Source: Octopus sinensis (taxonomy: Eukaryota). From it: a DNA stretch of 64,000 nucleotides. Made by a program: the position numbers and the translations under genes. Positions 14,095-25,698 of the stretch are shown one piece after another. How positions within the stretch are numbered: position 1 is the first letter of the stretch; every line of letters begins with the position of its first letter. The stretch spans positions 17,174,001 through 17,238,000 of the forward strand of contig NC_043017.1 in the NCBI RefSeq assembly GCF_006345805.1. The letters run 5' to 3'. Under the pieces are notes generated by a model. The model saw only the letters and a program-made list of their open reading frames with translations, was not told where the DNA came from and ran no database searches.

Positions 14095-14335
14095 TAGCCC
14101 CTCTCGAAAACCCTGGCAAAGAGGATCGATAGCTTCGACAGCAGAGCACTGAGAACCATCGAGAATATCAGATGATACCATCACGCTTCCAACAAAGAAC
14201 TACGTGTACACACGCATCAGCCCGCCGCATCCTACCTCTATCCCATAGCTCCCCACATCTGGGACGGTGTTTCTGTTGCATGCCTACATTCTGGACCTCG
14301 AGAAGGGCCACCCAACTAACTGACAGAGAGTCAGT
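14095..14335 (+). pseudogene. RTE-like LINE ORF2 C-terminal fragment
   Basis: Translates as KRIDSFDSRALRTIENIR*YHHASNKEL, similar to RLxAFDxRCLRxILxIxWxDxVSNEEL of RTE-type LINEs. Confidence 0.55.
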
Positions 14336-15725
14336 TACAAATACACTCTAGTATTTTAACCCCAGGTGTACTTGTGTCTGCTCTCCTCTCTACTGTTTCT
14401 ACGGCTACTATAATGATTTCTACTTCTTAGAGCTGGCTGGTCTCATTTCACCTCTATTGGATAATTCATACCACATTCGACATCTTCTTCTCCCACCATC
14501 CTTGTTATGTCTCTCCCCACCCCGAGGCCTGCAGAGAAATGGACAAATCACTAGAGCCAATCGTTCCCCTTAGAATTCCTTCTTCTGGGTTTCCTTCCTG
14601 TAAGTATTCAAATACGAAGTTTCGAAACAAACTCTAATGGCATCAACGTCACTCATCTCGGAAGGCCAGTAAAGGCCAGGGACACTTCCCCTTTCCTAGA
14701 CCCAGCAAGGAGAAAACATTTTTTAAATTGTGCTACAAAACCCCAAAGATCATCATCACAATTGTAAGGCATAACACAATATTTTCCCAGAACTTAAGGT
14801 TTTAGGGGTGTGTGTCGTTAATTGACCGCAGGATTACCTGTTCCAGAGTTAATTTGTCAGAGAATACCTTTAACATAATCCTTAGGCAAAATGCGTGAAA
14901 AGCTATACCGTTTGAAACACTGTCGTCTACCTTATCTGCGCTTGGATCGAGATTAGATCCTGTACCCCTCTCATTACTATGTCTTATGTTCAAATGAAGA
15001 CTATAAATCACAGTGGTTTACAGAAACAGATGTTTAAACAACAGCGAGGGTATGAATCTTTGGTAAAACACCCCCAGCTTCCCCAAGATCCAAATTGTTT
15101 AGCAACAGGCAAAGAATTCTTTCACTGCATCCAGCTGGCTACAAAAACATCTCAATTTCCAAACCGTCTCGACTTTTGTCGGTTCCTTATATCTCAATTG
15201 TCTCTCTTCGTTTAAATGATTTTATATCTCTCTTTTATTTTTTGGGTTTTTTTTCTAAATGCCTGCCTTGGGGAAGAACTCCCTTACCTTGTAACATTCT
15301 GATCAGGTTTTCTTTTGTTTTTTAAATTCTTACCCTAGTTTTCAGAGCTTTGATGTGCATTTCTTTACTTTTGTCGCTTTTTCACATTTCTTCGTCTGTA
15401 TCTTATCAAGCATTCTTCTTATAAACTAATTAATCACCCAATAAACCCTTTATCACATCACAAAACCCTAAAGGGCCACTGGTAATTACTTGCAGTTGCA
15501 ATAGTGTATAGAGGTTGAAATGGAATACATATTCTCAGACGTACACACACACACACACACACACGAACATACACTCACACACACACGAACATACACACAC
15601 GAACATACACTCATGAGCACACATGCACACACATACACAGGAATACACGAACAAACATAGACGGACACTTAATGGATCTCCGTCAGTTTCAACAGCGAGC
15701 TATTCAGTTGCTCAGTAAAATGAGT

Positions 15726-16024
15726 TGTTGTTTGTTCCTTCTCGAGCCATGCCTGGCTCATAAGGGCCGGTTTCCCGGCGTATAGGTTCCCCACCTGGAC
15801 GGGACGCCGGTCCGTCGCAGGTGCGCTGCAAGATGCAGGAGGAAAATGTGAGAGAGAAAGTTGTGGCGAGAGAGTCAGCAGAAGTTCGCCATTACTTTCT
15901 GTCGGAGATGCGTGGAGCTTAGGTGTTTCGCTCATAAACACACACATCGCCCGGTCTGAGATTCGAACCCTCGATCCCTCGACCGCGAGTCCGCTGCTCT
16001 AACCACTACGCCATGTGCCTCCAC
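15726..16024 (-). mobile_element. tRNA-derived SINE family C, V-domain tail type, 13-bp TSD
   Basis: TSD CAGTAAAATGAGT at 15713-15725 and 16025-16037. tRNA-like head; CCTGCGACGGACCGGCGTCCCGTCCAGG (15794-15821) resembles the V-SINE domain; (AAC)-type tail. Confidence 0.85.
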
Positions 16025-16180
16025 CAGTAAAATGAGTAACTCACTGTAAGTCACTGAGTGTTTCGCAGACAAAGCTACCCATACTGAATTTTCCATATAC
16101 ATACGGGTACTCTTACTGAGTATTCCATACAAATACACGGGTACCCTGAAAAATAATTAAAATGGTAATAGACCACTTAC

Positions 16181-16297
16181 CGAGTAATAACTTCGCCGTT
16201 GAACTTAGGGAAACGACCCATGCTGTATCTACGGCACTGCGACCAAATTCTTCGACCAATTTTAAGTAAATTATTCCATTGGAACGTTCTAAACCAC
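16181..16297 (-). CDS. Second coding exon of the SLC16-like gene (end of TM1 through TM2)
   Basis: Acceptor gtcttttcag| and donor G|gtaagt. 117 nt, phase 1 to phase 1, joining the 30326 exon in frame to give HLIIGGLERSNGIIYLKLVEEFGRSAVDTAWVVSLSSTAKLLLG, matching the SLC16 pattern G..F..S...TAWV.SL.....LLG. No next exon found inside the window. Confidence 0.82.
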
Positions 16298-16726
16298 CTG
16301 AAAAGACATTTGAGGTAAGCATTAAGGTTTTTTTTTTTTTTTGGTGGGGGTGGTATTTTAAAATTTATTTGTTAATAAACATTGTTTGAAAACAAACGAG
16401 TGTGTGTGTCTGTGTGTTTCTACGTAAAATCATACATACAAACAAACAACACACACACACATATATATAATATAAAAATATGCGATACTCATATGCAATG
16501 TTTGGAGTTTCCAGGCAAGTCATAGATATGGAGTTAGTCGATTTCCAATCAGTAACCAACGCACGTGGCACCGTTCTTCAATTTATTGGGAAGCCGTCGC
16601 TCGTGCGTTGATTGCACATCGGTAATCAGATAACTTCGTACATGTGGCTGGCCGGAAAACTCCGAGTATTGTGAGTTTTCCATGTCTGTATTGTGTATTA
16701 TTCCTTTATTTCAATGATATATATAT

Positions 16727-16863
16727 ATACAAAATTTAGAGGAATGACCACTAATAGCGGACAGCCTGTATGCTAGAAATAGACGTCAAATTCGCCATTT
16801 ACCACGTCTATTTCTAGCATACAGGCTATCCAATATTAGTGGTCATTCCTCTAAATTTTGTAT
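16727..16863. repeat. Fold-back palindrome next to (TA)n
   Basis: Arms 16727-16786 and 16804-16863, few mismatches. Confidence 0.8.
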
Positions 16864-17159
16864 GTATAGAATTTTTAATCTTCAGATTTTTAAAAAAAAA
16901 TATGCTAGTCCACTGGTTTTAATTGATTAATATCAATTTCTACTCTTATTTAATATATATATATATATAAACTTACTTAGAAAAGAAACGAAACGACGCA
17001 ATGCGTGTCGAACCAGGAACAACTGACGAAGGGGAATATTCCTTGTATTGTTTGTCTTGTACTCTGTTTTTTCGTTGTTAAAAAAAAAAGTCCGTTTCTT
17101 AGTTTGTTTTTATGTTTTCGTTTCTCGTTGTTCTACGTTTATTTGTGGTGTCCTTCCCG

Positions 17160-17196
<37 letters not shown>

Positions 17197-17279
17197 TGTA
17201 TATATACATATAGATGTAGGTACGTACATATATGTATGTATGTATGCATGTATTTTATTTATTAAATTATTATATATAT

Positions 17280-17312
<33 letters not shown>

Positions 17313-17884
17313 GTATGTATATATATTTCATTTTAGTCGGGTGGAAGAATGCAGTACGCAACAGTAGCCATAACTCATTACAAGATCATCAAACCCTTTC
17401 GGAGTTCAGTCGGAAGGTATTCTCTAAGTCGCAGACTGATCCCGAAAGCGTGGACTCCTGTAAGGGTAAAGTTGAGTCTATTACTCAAGTACACCATAAC
17501 GGGATCGGAATCCAAAATGCAAAGCGTTGAAACAAATACTGCCAAGCATCCTGTCTGCCCTTCTTTAAAGATTCACCAATTTACCACCTGAGATTCGTGC
17601 ACTTTCATCAACCTCAAAACGATGAAAGGCAAAAGTACAGGCGTATATATATGTGCATATGCATGTGTGTGTGTGTGTGTGTATCATACTTAATAATTTA
17701 TCCCACATTTTCTCAATATATTTTCTACTCCTATCTCTTTATAGTCTCATCCAACTGTCCACCCACTTGTATCCCAACACTTACTTTATTGCGACCAGAA
17801 TTTGATGATCCTACTTTGTAAAATACGCATGTGCAAACACTCACACGGGATTTTACACACAAATAAAATCACACGTGAACATAT

Positions 17885-17956
17885 GTGTGCACATACATAC
17901 ATACATACATACATACATACATACACACATATATATATACATACACACATATATAT

Positions 17957-17987
<31 letters not shown>

Positions 17988-18295
17988 CATACATATATAT
18001 ATATACATACATATATATATACATACATACATATATATATACATACATATATATATATATACATACATATATATATATATACATACATACATATATATAT
18101 ATATACATACATATATATATATATACATACATATATATATATACATACATACATACATACATATACATACATACATATACATACATACATACATACATAT
18201 ACATACATACATACATATACATACATACATACATATACATACATACATACATACATATACATACATACATACATATATATATATATATATGTATG
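17885..18295. repeat. (TACA)n/(TA)n compound microsatellite
   Basis: Direct reading; source of spurious YIHT/VCMY ORFs. Confidence 0.95.
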
Positions 18296-18659
18296 TGCAT
18301 ATTTCTCTGTGTGTAATCTCCCCTATTTGTAGCCTAGCGTTATTGCTTGTGCTCCTTGCGACACAGGGGTGGAACCTAATTTATTCATTGATTTATCTAC
18401 TTATTACTTTTGTTTAAGACCTATAATTAAGACCCATATAAACGTAATCTTTCCAACAGTCCGCTCTCTCATTAATCATGGGCGTTGTTCCTTCATCTGC
18501 AGCCCAACCAGTTTTGTGCCATCTTAAAAAACCTCCGGCCCTTCCCACTCTTACCAAAACATGTGTTGAGTCTTGATTTAAACTTCTTTCATTTCTTTAC
18601 TCCAGTTTTCCCCATCTCTTTCATTCTCCGTCTGCCTATCCGTCTATACCTGCCTGTCT

Positions 18660-18749
18660 CTCTATCCGTCTCCCTATCTATCTATCTATCTATCTATCTA
18701 TTTATCTATCCATCTCCCTATCTATCCATCTATCTATCTATCTGTCTCC

Positions 18750-18787
<38 letters not shown>

Positions 18788-18835
18788 GTCTCCCTGTCTA
18801 TCTATCTCTCTATCTATCTACCTTTATAGCAATCT
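18660..18835. repeat. (CTAT)n tetranucleotide array
   Basis: Direct reading. Confidence 0.9.
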
Positions 18836-19220
18836 ATCTTTCTCTTTACCTAACACTTTTCTGCTTTCCTCCTTATTCTTTATCTATATTTCGGTCATTG
18901 CTTTCCGTCTTTCTCTTTTCCGCACAACATTTTCTTTCTTCTTCCATTATATTCTTTTCTGTTGTTTAAACTTCTCCCTTTTCTCCTCCTCCAATCTCTT
19001 TTATTATTTTCCTCGTTCTTTCATACATATTATTTCATTAGATCCCTCTTTATTTGTCTTACTTTGCGACAGAAAACCAAAACTGACGTTTCATTCATCT
19101 TAAGTTAATTGTCTCTCTCCCTCTCTCTCCCGTTCTTTCTTTCTAAAACACAAGCAACGTCCAGCCAACTTACCTAAAAACTTGCTTATCTATCTATCTA
19201 TCTATCAAGTATTTATTAGA

Positions 19221-19572
19221 TCGTGTGGGACAGAGAAAAAATGTGATAGAAGATTAAGTAGGCAGTTAGGTAGTTAGCCAGTCACATAGATTAATAGAAA
19301 GGTACGTAGACAGGCACTCAGATATAGATAACTAGATATGTGTACATACACATAGTCAGACCGATAGAAAGCTAACCGCAGAAAGACAGATAGTTAGCTA
19401 GCTAGCTAACTGCTTTTCTATTGGTCTGACTATGTGTATGTACCCCTATCTAGTTATCTATAACTGAGTGCCTGTCTATGTACCTTTCTATTAATCTATG
19501 TGACTAGCTACCTACCTAACGACCTACCTACCTACTTAATCTTCTATCACTCTTTTTCTCTGTCCCACACGA
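19221..19572. repeat. ~350-bp imperfect palindrome of TAGA/TAGG-rich sequence
   Basis: TCGTGTGGGACAG...CTGTCCCACACGA ends; centre at (AGCT)n near 19401. Confidence 0.8.
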
Positions 19573-20324
19573 CCTTACAAAAACTCTAAAATTATAGGTT
19601 AATCACCCAGCAATTGTGTATTTATTTGACTGAAATAAAATCCCGCCAGTGAGCCGAAAATTTCTCATTCATTTTATTTTCGTATAATGTATTTTTGTAG
19701 ACAAGACAAGACAATAGTCTTGTCTTGTATCTTTACTCAACTGGCTTTCATTATACTGTTATTATATAATGCAGCCGACATGCTATTGTTCCCTATTGTT
19801 CCCGTCTGCTGTTTTATTGTTTTCATTTTTCACAAACTATTCTTTCGTTTTACGTATATTTATATTTTCCATCTGCTTTTTTTTACTTTGTTTTTCCATT
19901 TGGGTCGTTTGTTCCTTCAGTACTTATTTAATTCAGTAAACATCCTTCTGAGTGAAGCGTCTTTTATGAACATTCATTCACTCGATCCCACGCTGACATT
20001 TTCAAGAGAGAGCGAGAGAGCGAGAATTATTAGTGAGAGATTATCAATCCGGACAAAATACTTTATAAGCATTCTGTTAGTACAACAGGCTAAAAATATT
20101 TGTTTAGATTAGTGAAGAACTCCGCGTATTATTGTGGCAGGATCCGAGGTTATAATTCATTGCTGTTCTCTATTGTAAATCCAAGGTCGTATTCCCAGTT
20201 ATACTGGTTTTAACACAGGGTAGCATACAAGGCAGGACATGAATAATGGTCATTGCATATTATTCTTTATTTACTACAATAATTCACTACAATAAAACAA
20301 TATATGACCATTATTTATGCCTTG

Positions 20325-20358
<34 letters not shown>

Positions 20359-20422
20359 CAAAGTAAATTTGGGTGTTACCGAACGAGTAAAAATATAAGG
20401 AAAAGAATCTGAAAATGCAAGA

Positions 20423-20785
20423 GTCTTTTAAAAGTATTTATTAACTTAACCGGTTTCGCTTATTTAAGAAGATATTCAAAAGTAAAGCGTGAGATTTTGT
20501 GTATCCTTTGTGATGTCAAAAATTAGTTTACAAAAATGTATTCAAATCAAGTGATAAAGTCTTTGACAATGATAAAAGGTTTGAGACTTTGTGTATTCTG
20601 TGATGAGTCAAAAGATAGCCTCAAACCTTTTCTTAACATTGTCAAAGACTCTATCACTTGATTTGAATACATTTTTGTAAACTAATTTTTGACACCACAA
20701 AGGATACACAAAAGCTCACGCTTTACTTTTCAATATTTTCTTAAATAAGCGAAACCGGTTAAGTTAATAAATACTTTTAAAAGAC
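20423..20785. repeat. ~360-bp fold-back palindrome with decayed HHR-like motifs in both arms
   Basis: Arms about 170 bp with few mismatches. Each contains ACTT-TT(G/C)AATA...CTTAAATAAGC-GAAACCGGTT-AAGT-TAATAAA (plus copy 20725-20764). Confidence 0.7.
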
Positions 20786-21290
20786 CCCCGCATTTTCAGA
20801 TGTTTTCCTTATATATGTATGCATATATATATATATGTATATATACCACCACCACCGCAGCCATGTTCCAATACTCCAGTATATATTCGTTGATGACCAC
20901 GTGAATGGAAGACTTTTCCTTTGCTCCTTCAACGACGGCAGTAAAGAATCTGTTAAAAGCATCTGTCTCTGAATTCCGGAATACTTTCAAGTGAAACCAC
21001 CGCAAATGAATGACTCCAGCCACCATTACAAATATGTAACCGGTAACCGGGAAGGAGGGGTTTAGAGCCAAATCCTACCCCTCACCATTACACCACCATC
21101 ACTATTTCATCTAATTGATAATTACTTTGGAACATTTCAATTATGAGTTTATCGAAAAATGCATGGTTAATGGTGAGTTAATTTTAATAGAAATGGACAT
21201 CTTCGATCGAATTTTCGGGTTCGCCAGTAAGTACGTTTGTGCACGTGTGTTTATATATGTGTGTGTGTATAAATAGATATATATATATAT

Positions 21291-21517
21291 ACTTTATTTA
21301 AAAGCAGTAGAATTAAAACAAAAGCTGTTACTCAGAGTTTCACGTTCCTGTTCGTCGGACAGTTTTGTTTAAAAAAAACTGTCCGACGAACGGGAATGTG
21401 AAACTCCGAGTAACAGCTCTTGTATATTTCTGCTGCTTTTAAATAAAGCATACCAATCTACCTCTGGTATTTGAGTACTCTTTTTTTCAACCTTGTTTCA
21501 CATTTATGTGCTTACTC

Positions 21518-21586
<69 letters not shown>

Positions 21587-21698
21587 AAACAGGTGGAAAA
21601 AAAAGGAGTACTCAAATACCAGAGGTACAGTGATATGCTTTATTTAAAAGCACCAGAAATAAACAAAAGCTGTTACTTGGAGTTTCACGTTCCCGTTC

Positions 21699-21700
<2 letters not shown>
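21291..21700. mobile_element. Three alternating-orientation copies of the same Penelope-like end, with variant HHR cores
   Basis: Minus HHR 21325-21362 and plus HHR 21379-21416, both reading CCGACGA instead of CUGANGA. A third minus copy (about 21585-21700) is truncated inside the core. AATAAA and (TA)n flanks. Confidence 0.65.
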
Positions 21701-21745
<45 letters not shown>

Positions 21746-21895
21746 AACACATAAGTGTGTGTGTGTGAGAGAGAGAGAATATTTTGTAAACGCCGAATGT
21801 TTTGGTATATTACAGACAAGAGGGTAAACTATTTATATAAAGTGTAACAGGTTTCACACGAGTAAAATATATATTAAAGACAAACAAAAAGAGTA

Positions 21896-22021
21896 AAATT
21901 ACTTTGAGAAATTTATCTTGGATGAAAGTAAGAAAATATTTACATTTATATCAAGATACGCATATTTTGATAAAATTGTAAATACTTTCTTTTATCCATG
22001 ATAAAGTTCTCAGAGTAATTT
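21896..22021. repeat. Imperfect AT-rich palindrome
   Basis: AAATTACTTTGAGAA...TTCTCAGAGTAATTT arms. Confidence 0.6.
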
Positions 22022-22313
22022 CTGTGTGTGCGTGCGTAAGAGAGAGTGTGTGTGTGCGTGAGAGAGAGAGAGTGTGTGTGTGTGTGCGTGAGAGAGAGTG
22101 TGTGTGTGTGCGTGAGAGAGAGTGTGTGTGTGCGTGAGAGAGAGAGAGTGTGTGTGTGTGTGTGTGTGTGAGTGTCTACGCATTATGTATTGTTTGTAGA
22201 AATGTACGTAAGCTGATTAAAATTTCTAAAGTTTCGGTATTTCCTAATTCATTAGTTTTGCAGATTTTAAAGTCTTGCAAAATTTTAAGAAATTAAGAAA
22301 AGTTTATATGCAG

Positions 22314-22710
22314 ACGCAGGCATGATTATGTGATTAAGAAGCTCACTTTTACAACCATGTGGTTTCGCGTTCTATGCGCAGCACCTTGGTTAACTGTCTT
22401 TTACCTATAGCCCCAGGCCGATGAATGCCTTGTCAGTGAATTTGGAAGATAGAAGTTGTGTGGAAGTCCGTCGTATAAGTGTATTTGTGTGTGTTTTTTT
22501 ATGTGTGCGTCTGTGTTTGTCATGCCCCTAACACCGCTTGACAACCGGTATTGAATTGTTTACGTCTCTGTAAATTAAGAGTTCGTCAAAAGAAAAACCG
22601 ATATAATACGTAATAGACTTTTAAAACAAGCACTGGGGTCGATTTGTTTGACTAAAACCCTTCAATGTGGTGTCCAAACATGGTTGCAACCCAATGATTC
22701 AGATAAGTAA
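22314..22710 (+). mobile_element. SINE family A, diverged copy
   Basis: Colinear, diverged similarity to 8071-8505. Confidence 0.7.
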
Positions 22711-23404
22711 AATAGACAAGATATAAGCCAAATTGTTTGTTTACTCCAAGAAAGTAGCATGTCTTTTTTATGACCAGACGATACTTTTTTATTAAATTCA
22801 GTCCTGAAGCGAGTTTTGACCAGCATGCTGTCAGTGGATGCCAACTGTTGGTGAGGTACTAAAACACGCCGAAATGACTCGACACAGCAGTTCCACTACA
22901 AATGCTTGGTATTTCTCGTCTGCTGCCGATATATCTGTGCTCTGATGCACTAGATGTCTATTCGAGAGACTCTCTCAAGACGAATTCCGAAGTATTGCGA
23001 CACTCTCATAATACATCTATGTAGGATACAGAGTGTACCGTGTGTGCGTGTGTATATGTGTATGCGTGTATTGGTTGTGACCTGGAACTGTAATCATACA
23101 CCCTACAGATTTCAGCTGAAAAGCTCAAATTGATGTCAAACATTTCATAATTTAGTTATGGTGATGGTGACGAAGCAAAAATCAGCAGACATGCTTTAAT
23201 CAAAGATACCCAATTAGCATGGTCAGTGGAGCACAAACTAGATTTATTTGTTGTTATTCACTGAAAGAAAATGTTTATGTTTCAAAGCTTGCATTAGACT
23301 CCCTTCTGTTTTCTAACAGCGAGGCCTGGACAAAGCAGAAATACAAACACAAGAGATACATTCTGGACCTCGTTCGTTTTTTACGATTTTTCTCTTGGAG
23401 TATA

Positions 23405-23726
23405 GTGGTCGTATACTGTCAACTCAATATGACAGTCCCGTAAGGGAATTACACCACGGCCATTTAGCTCTAGGAAACATCGACGTCTCCTGTCGGCTTT
23501 GACACGTTTTCTGTGTCCTTATATTTGCAATTGCCTCCCCTTTGCAAATATAAGGACACAGAAAACGTGTCAAAGCCGACAGGAGATGTTGATGTTTCCT
23601 AGGGCTAAATGGCGGTGGTGTTAGTCCCTTACGGGACTGTCATATTGAGTTGACAGTATACGACCACTATATCGCTTCACCACCGCTTATGTCTCTCTGA
23701 GACATTTAGAAATTCAATATTTCTAA
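23405..23726. mobile_element. Asymmetric fold-back element with 14-bp TSD (copy B, same family)
   Basis: TSD TCTCTTGGAGTATA at 23391-23404 and 23727-23740. Arms 23401-23530 and 23542-23671. The extension ...GACATTTAGAAATTCAATATTT is shared with copy A. Confidence 0.75.
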
Positions 23727-24011
23727 TCTCTTGGAGTATATTTTCCAGTAAAAAGAAAAAAATATGTGCAAACTTTCACAGCTCAGAATAGGGGGTAGGA
23801 GGAGGAGGAAAACTCTTGATAGTACTTGTACTTTTTCGACACCCCAAAGGATAAAAGGAAAAGTTGAGCTTGTGGGGAGTTGAACTCAGAGCCAGAGCAA
23901 ATATCACAAGGAATTCTGTCCGACCCTCAAGCGACTCGACCAATTCGAATTCAGTACATATGTGTGTATGTACGTGCGCACGTGTGTGTGTGTCTGTGTA
24001 TAAATACATAC

Positions 24012-24260
24012 ATACATACTATCATTACTACTAATATTAATAATAATCCTTTCTACTATAGGCACAAGACAATTGAAATTTTGGAGGAGGGGACTAGTCG
24101 GTTACACCAACCCAGTGTTTCACTAGTACTTAATATATCAACCCCGAAAGGATGAAAGAGAAGGTCGACCTCAGCGGAATTTGAACTCAGAACATAAGAA
24201 CGGACGAAATGCCACTAAGCATTTCGCCCGGCGTGTTAACGATTCCCCCAGCTCGCCGCC

Positions 24261-24305
<45 letters not shown>

Positions 24306-25366
24306 TATTAGACTGGTTCTAATTACCACACACGCACACAACACACACAAACTTGGTTTGCCCTCATGTGCCTTCTCCTCGGTTCTCTCTGTCACTCTCA
24401 TCCGTATTGTCAGCTTAGTCCCGTTCAGCCGCGCCAATTTCGCCACTCCCACCTTTCATTTCACCCTCACTGTCTTCTTCAAGTGGCACCCGAAGAAGCT
24501 AATGAGAGTCTGTCTGATTAATAGGAAAAAATTCACCCTCAAATATTTCGATCGTATGGGACAAATTTTTTTTTTTCGTCATGGCCGTACAGAGAAGGAA
24601 AACATGCTTTTCGTCGCCAAAGGAAAGCGGTAGGTCAACCTCCTCGACATAATCTGCAGATAAACAGAGCTATTCCGCACGCGGTACCGTCACTTCGACA
24701 TTAACCTACAAATCAACAATGAACGATCAATGGACAAGAGCACGCTTGTAATGTTTCGTCTCGCTGCGCACACTAAGGACATTTCGGATTTCTGACGGCT
24801 CCAACCATAAGTGACGTTTGCTAGAAACATATCTTATTCTAATTGGGAACAGTAGATTGATACTATTTTCTGTTGGCCCAGTGAGTGCATTTATGCATGA
24901 CCAATTAAGTTGAAATTGTAGTTTCGTCAGATAGCAACCATTTTAGGGTGAAAAACATACAATTATTTTGTCAGACAGAATCATATTTCAACAATCAGGG
25001 GGAGAATGATGTGTGAGGTGTTACTGAATAGAAAGATAAAGACATAGAGAGTGAGACAGACAGACAGACAGACAGGGATGACACAGGAAATTGTGTGTGC
25101 AGATCATCTTGTAATATCTCACTTTAAATTCCATTAGTATAAAGTAAATTGTGTGTGTGTCTGTACACACACAGACACATCATATATATGTTTACAATTA
25201 TACATATACATCTCTCTCTCTCCCTCTTTCTTTCTGCCTTCGTAAAAATGTATGTTTACCGTCATGGAGATTTTTATAGTAGTAGAAAAGGAATTTTTAA
25301 CTCCTTTTTCTAATTTCGGTATGTGGTGAAGCAGTTAGCTGAACCCTAATTATATATATATAATAT

Positions 25367-25406
<40 letters not shown>

Positions 25407-25653
25407 CTATCATTACTACTACTAATAATAATAATAATCCTTTCTACTATAGGCACAAGACAATTGAAATTTTGGAGGAGGGGACTAGTCGGTTACACCA
25501 ATCCCAGTGTTTCACTAGTACTTAATATATCAACCCCCGAAAGGATGAAAGAGAAGGTCGACCTCAGCGGAATTTGAACTCAGAACATAAGAACGGACGA
25601 AATGCCACTAAGAATTTCGCCAGGCGTGTTAACGATTCCCCCAGCTCGCCGCC

Positions 25654-25698
<45 letters not shown>

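Noticed and set aside
12244-15217. 134-bp direct repeats considered as LTRs of a 3-kb element
   Set aside because: No TG..CA ends, TSD, PBS or PPT, and the interior is old mixed repeats, inconsistent with near-identical LTRs.
16172-16314. Plus-strand exon ending at GAG|gtaagc
   Set aside because: Weak acceptor, unrecognisable peptide, and it overlaps a much better minus-strand SLC16-like exon.
17017-17053. CTGACGA with plausible helix I (AACAA/TTGTT) and GTA
   Set aside because: No GAAA and no room for helices II and III; at most a deleted remnant.
20796-21071. 91-aa minus ORF in unique intronic sequence
   Set aside because: No convincing splice sites or recognisable motif; ends in microsatellite.
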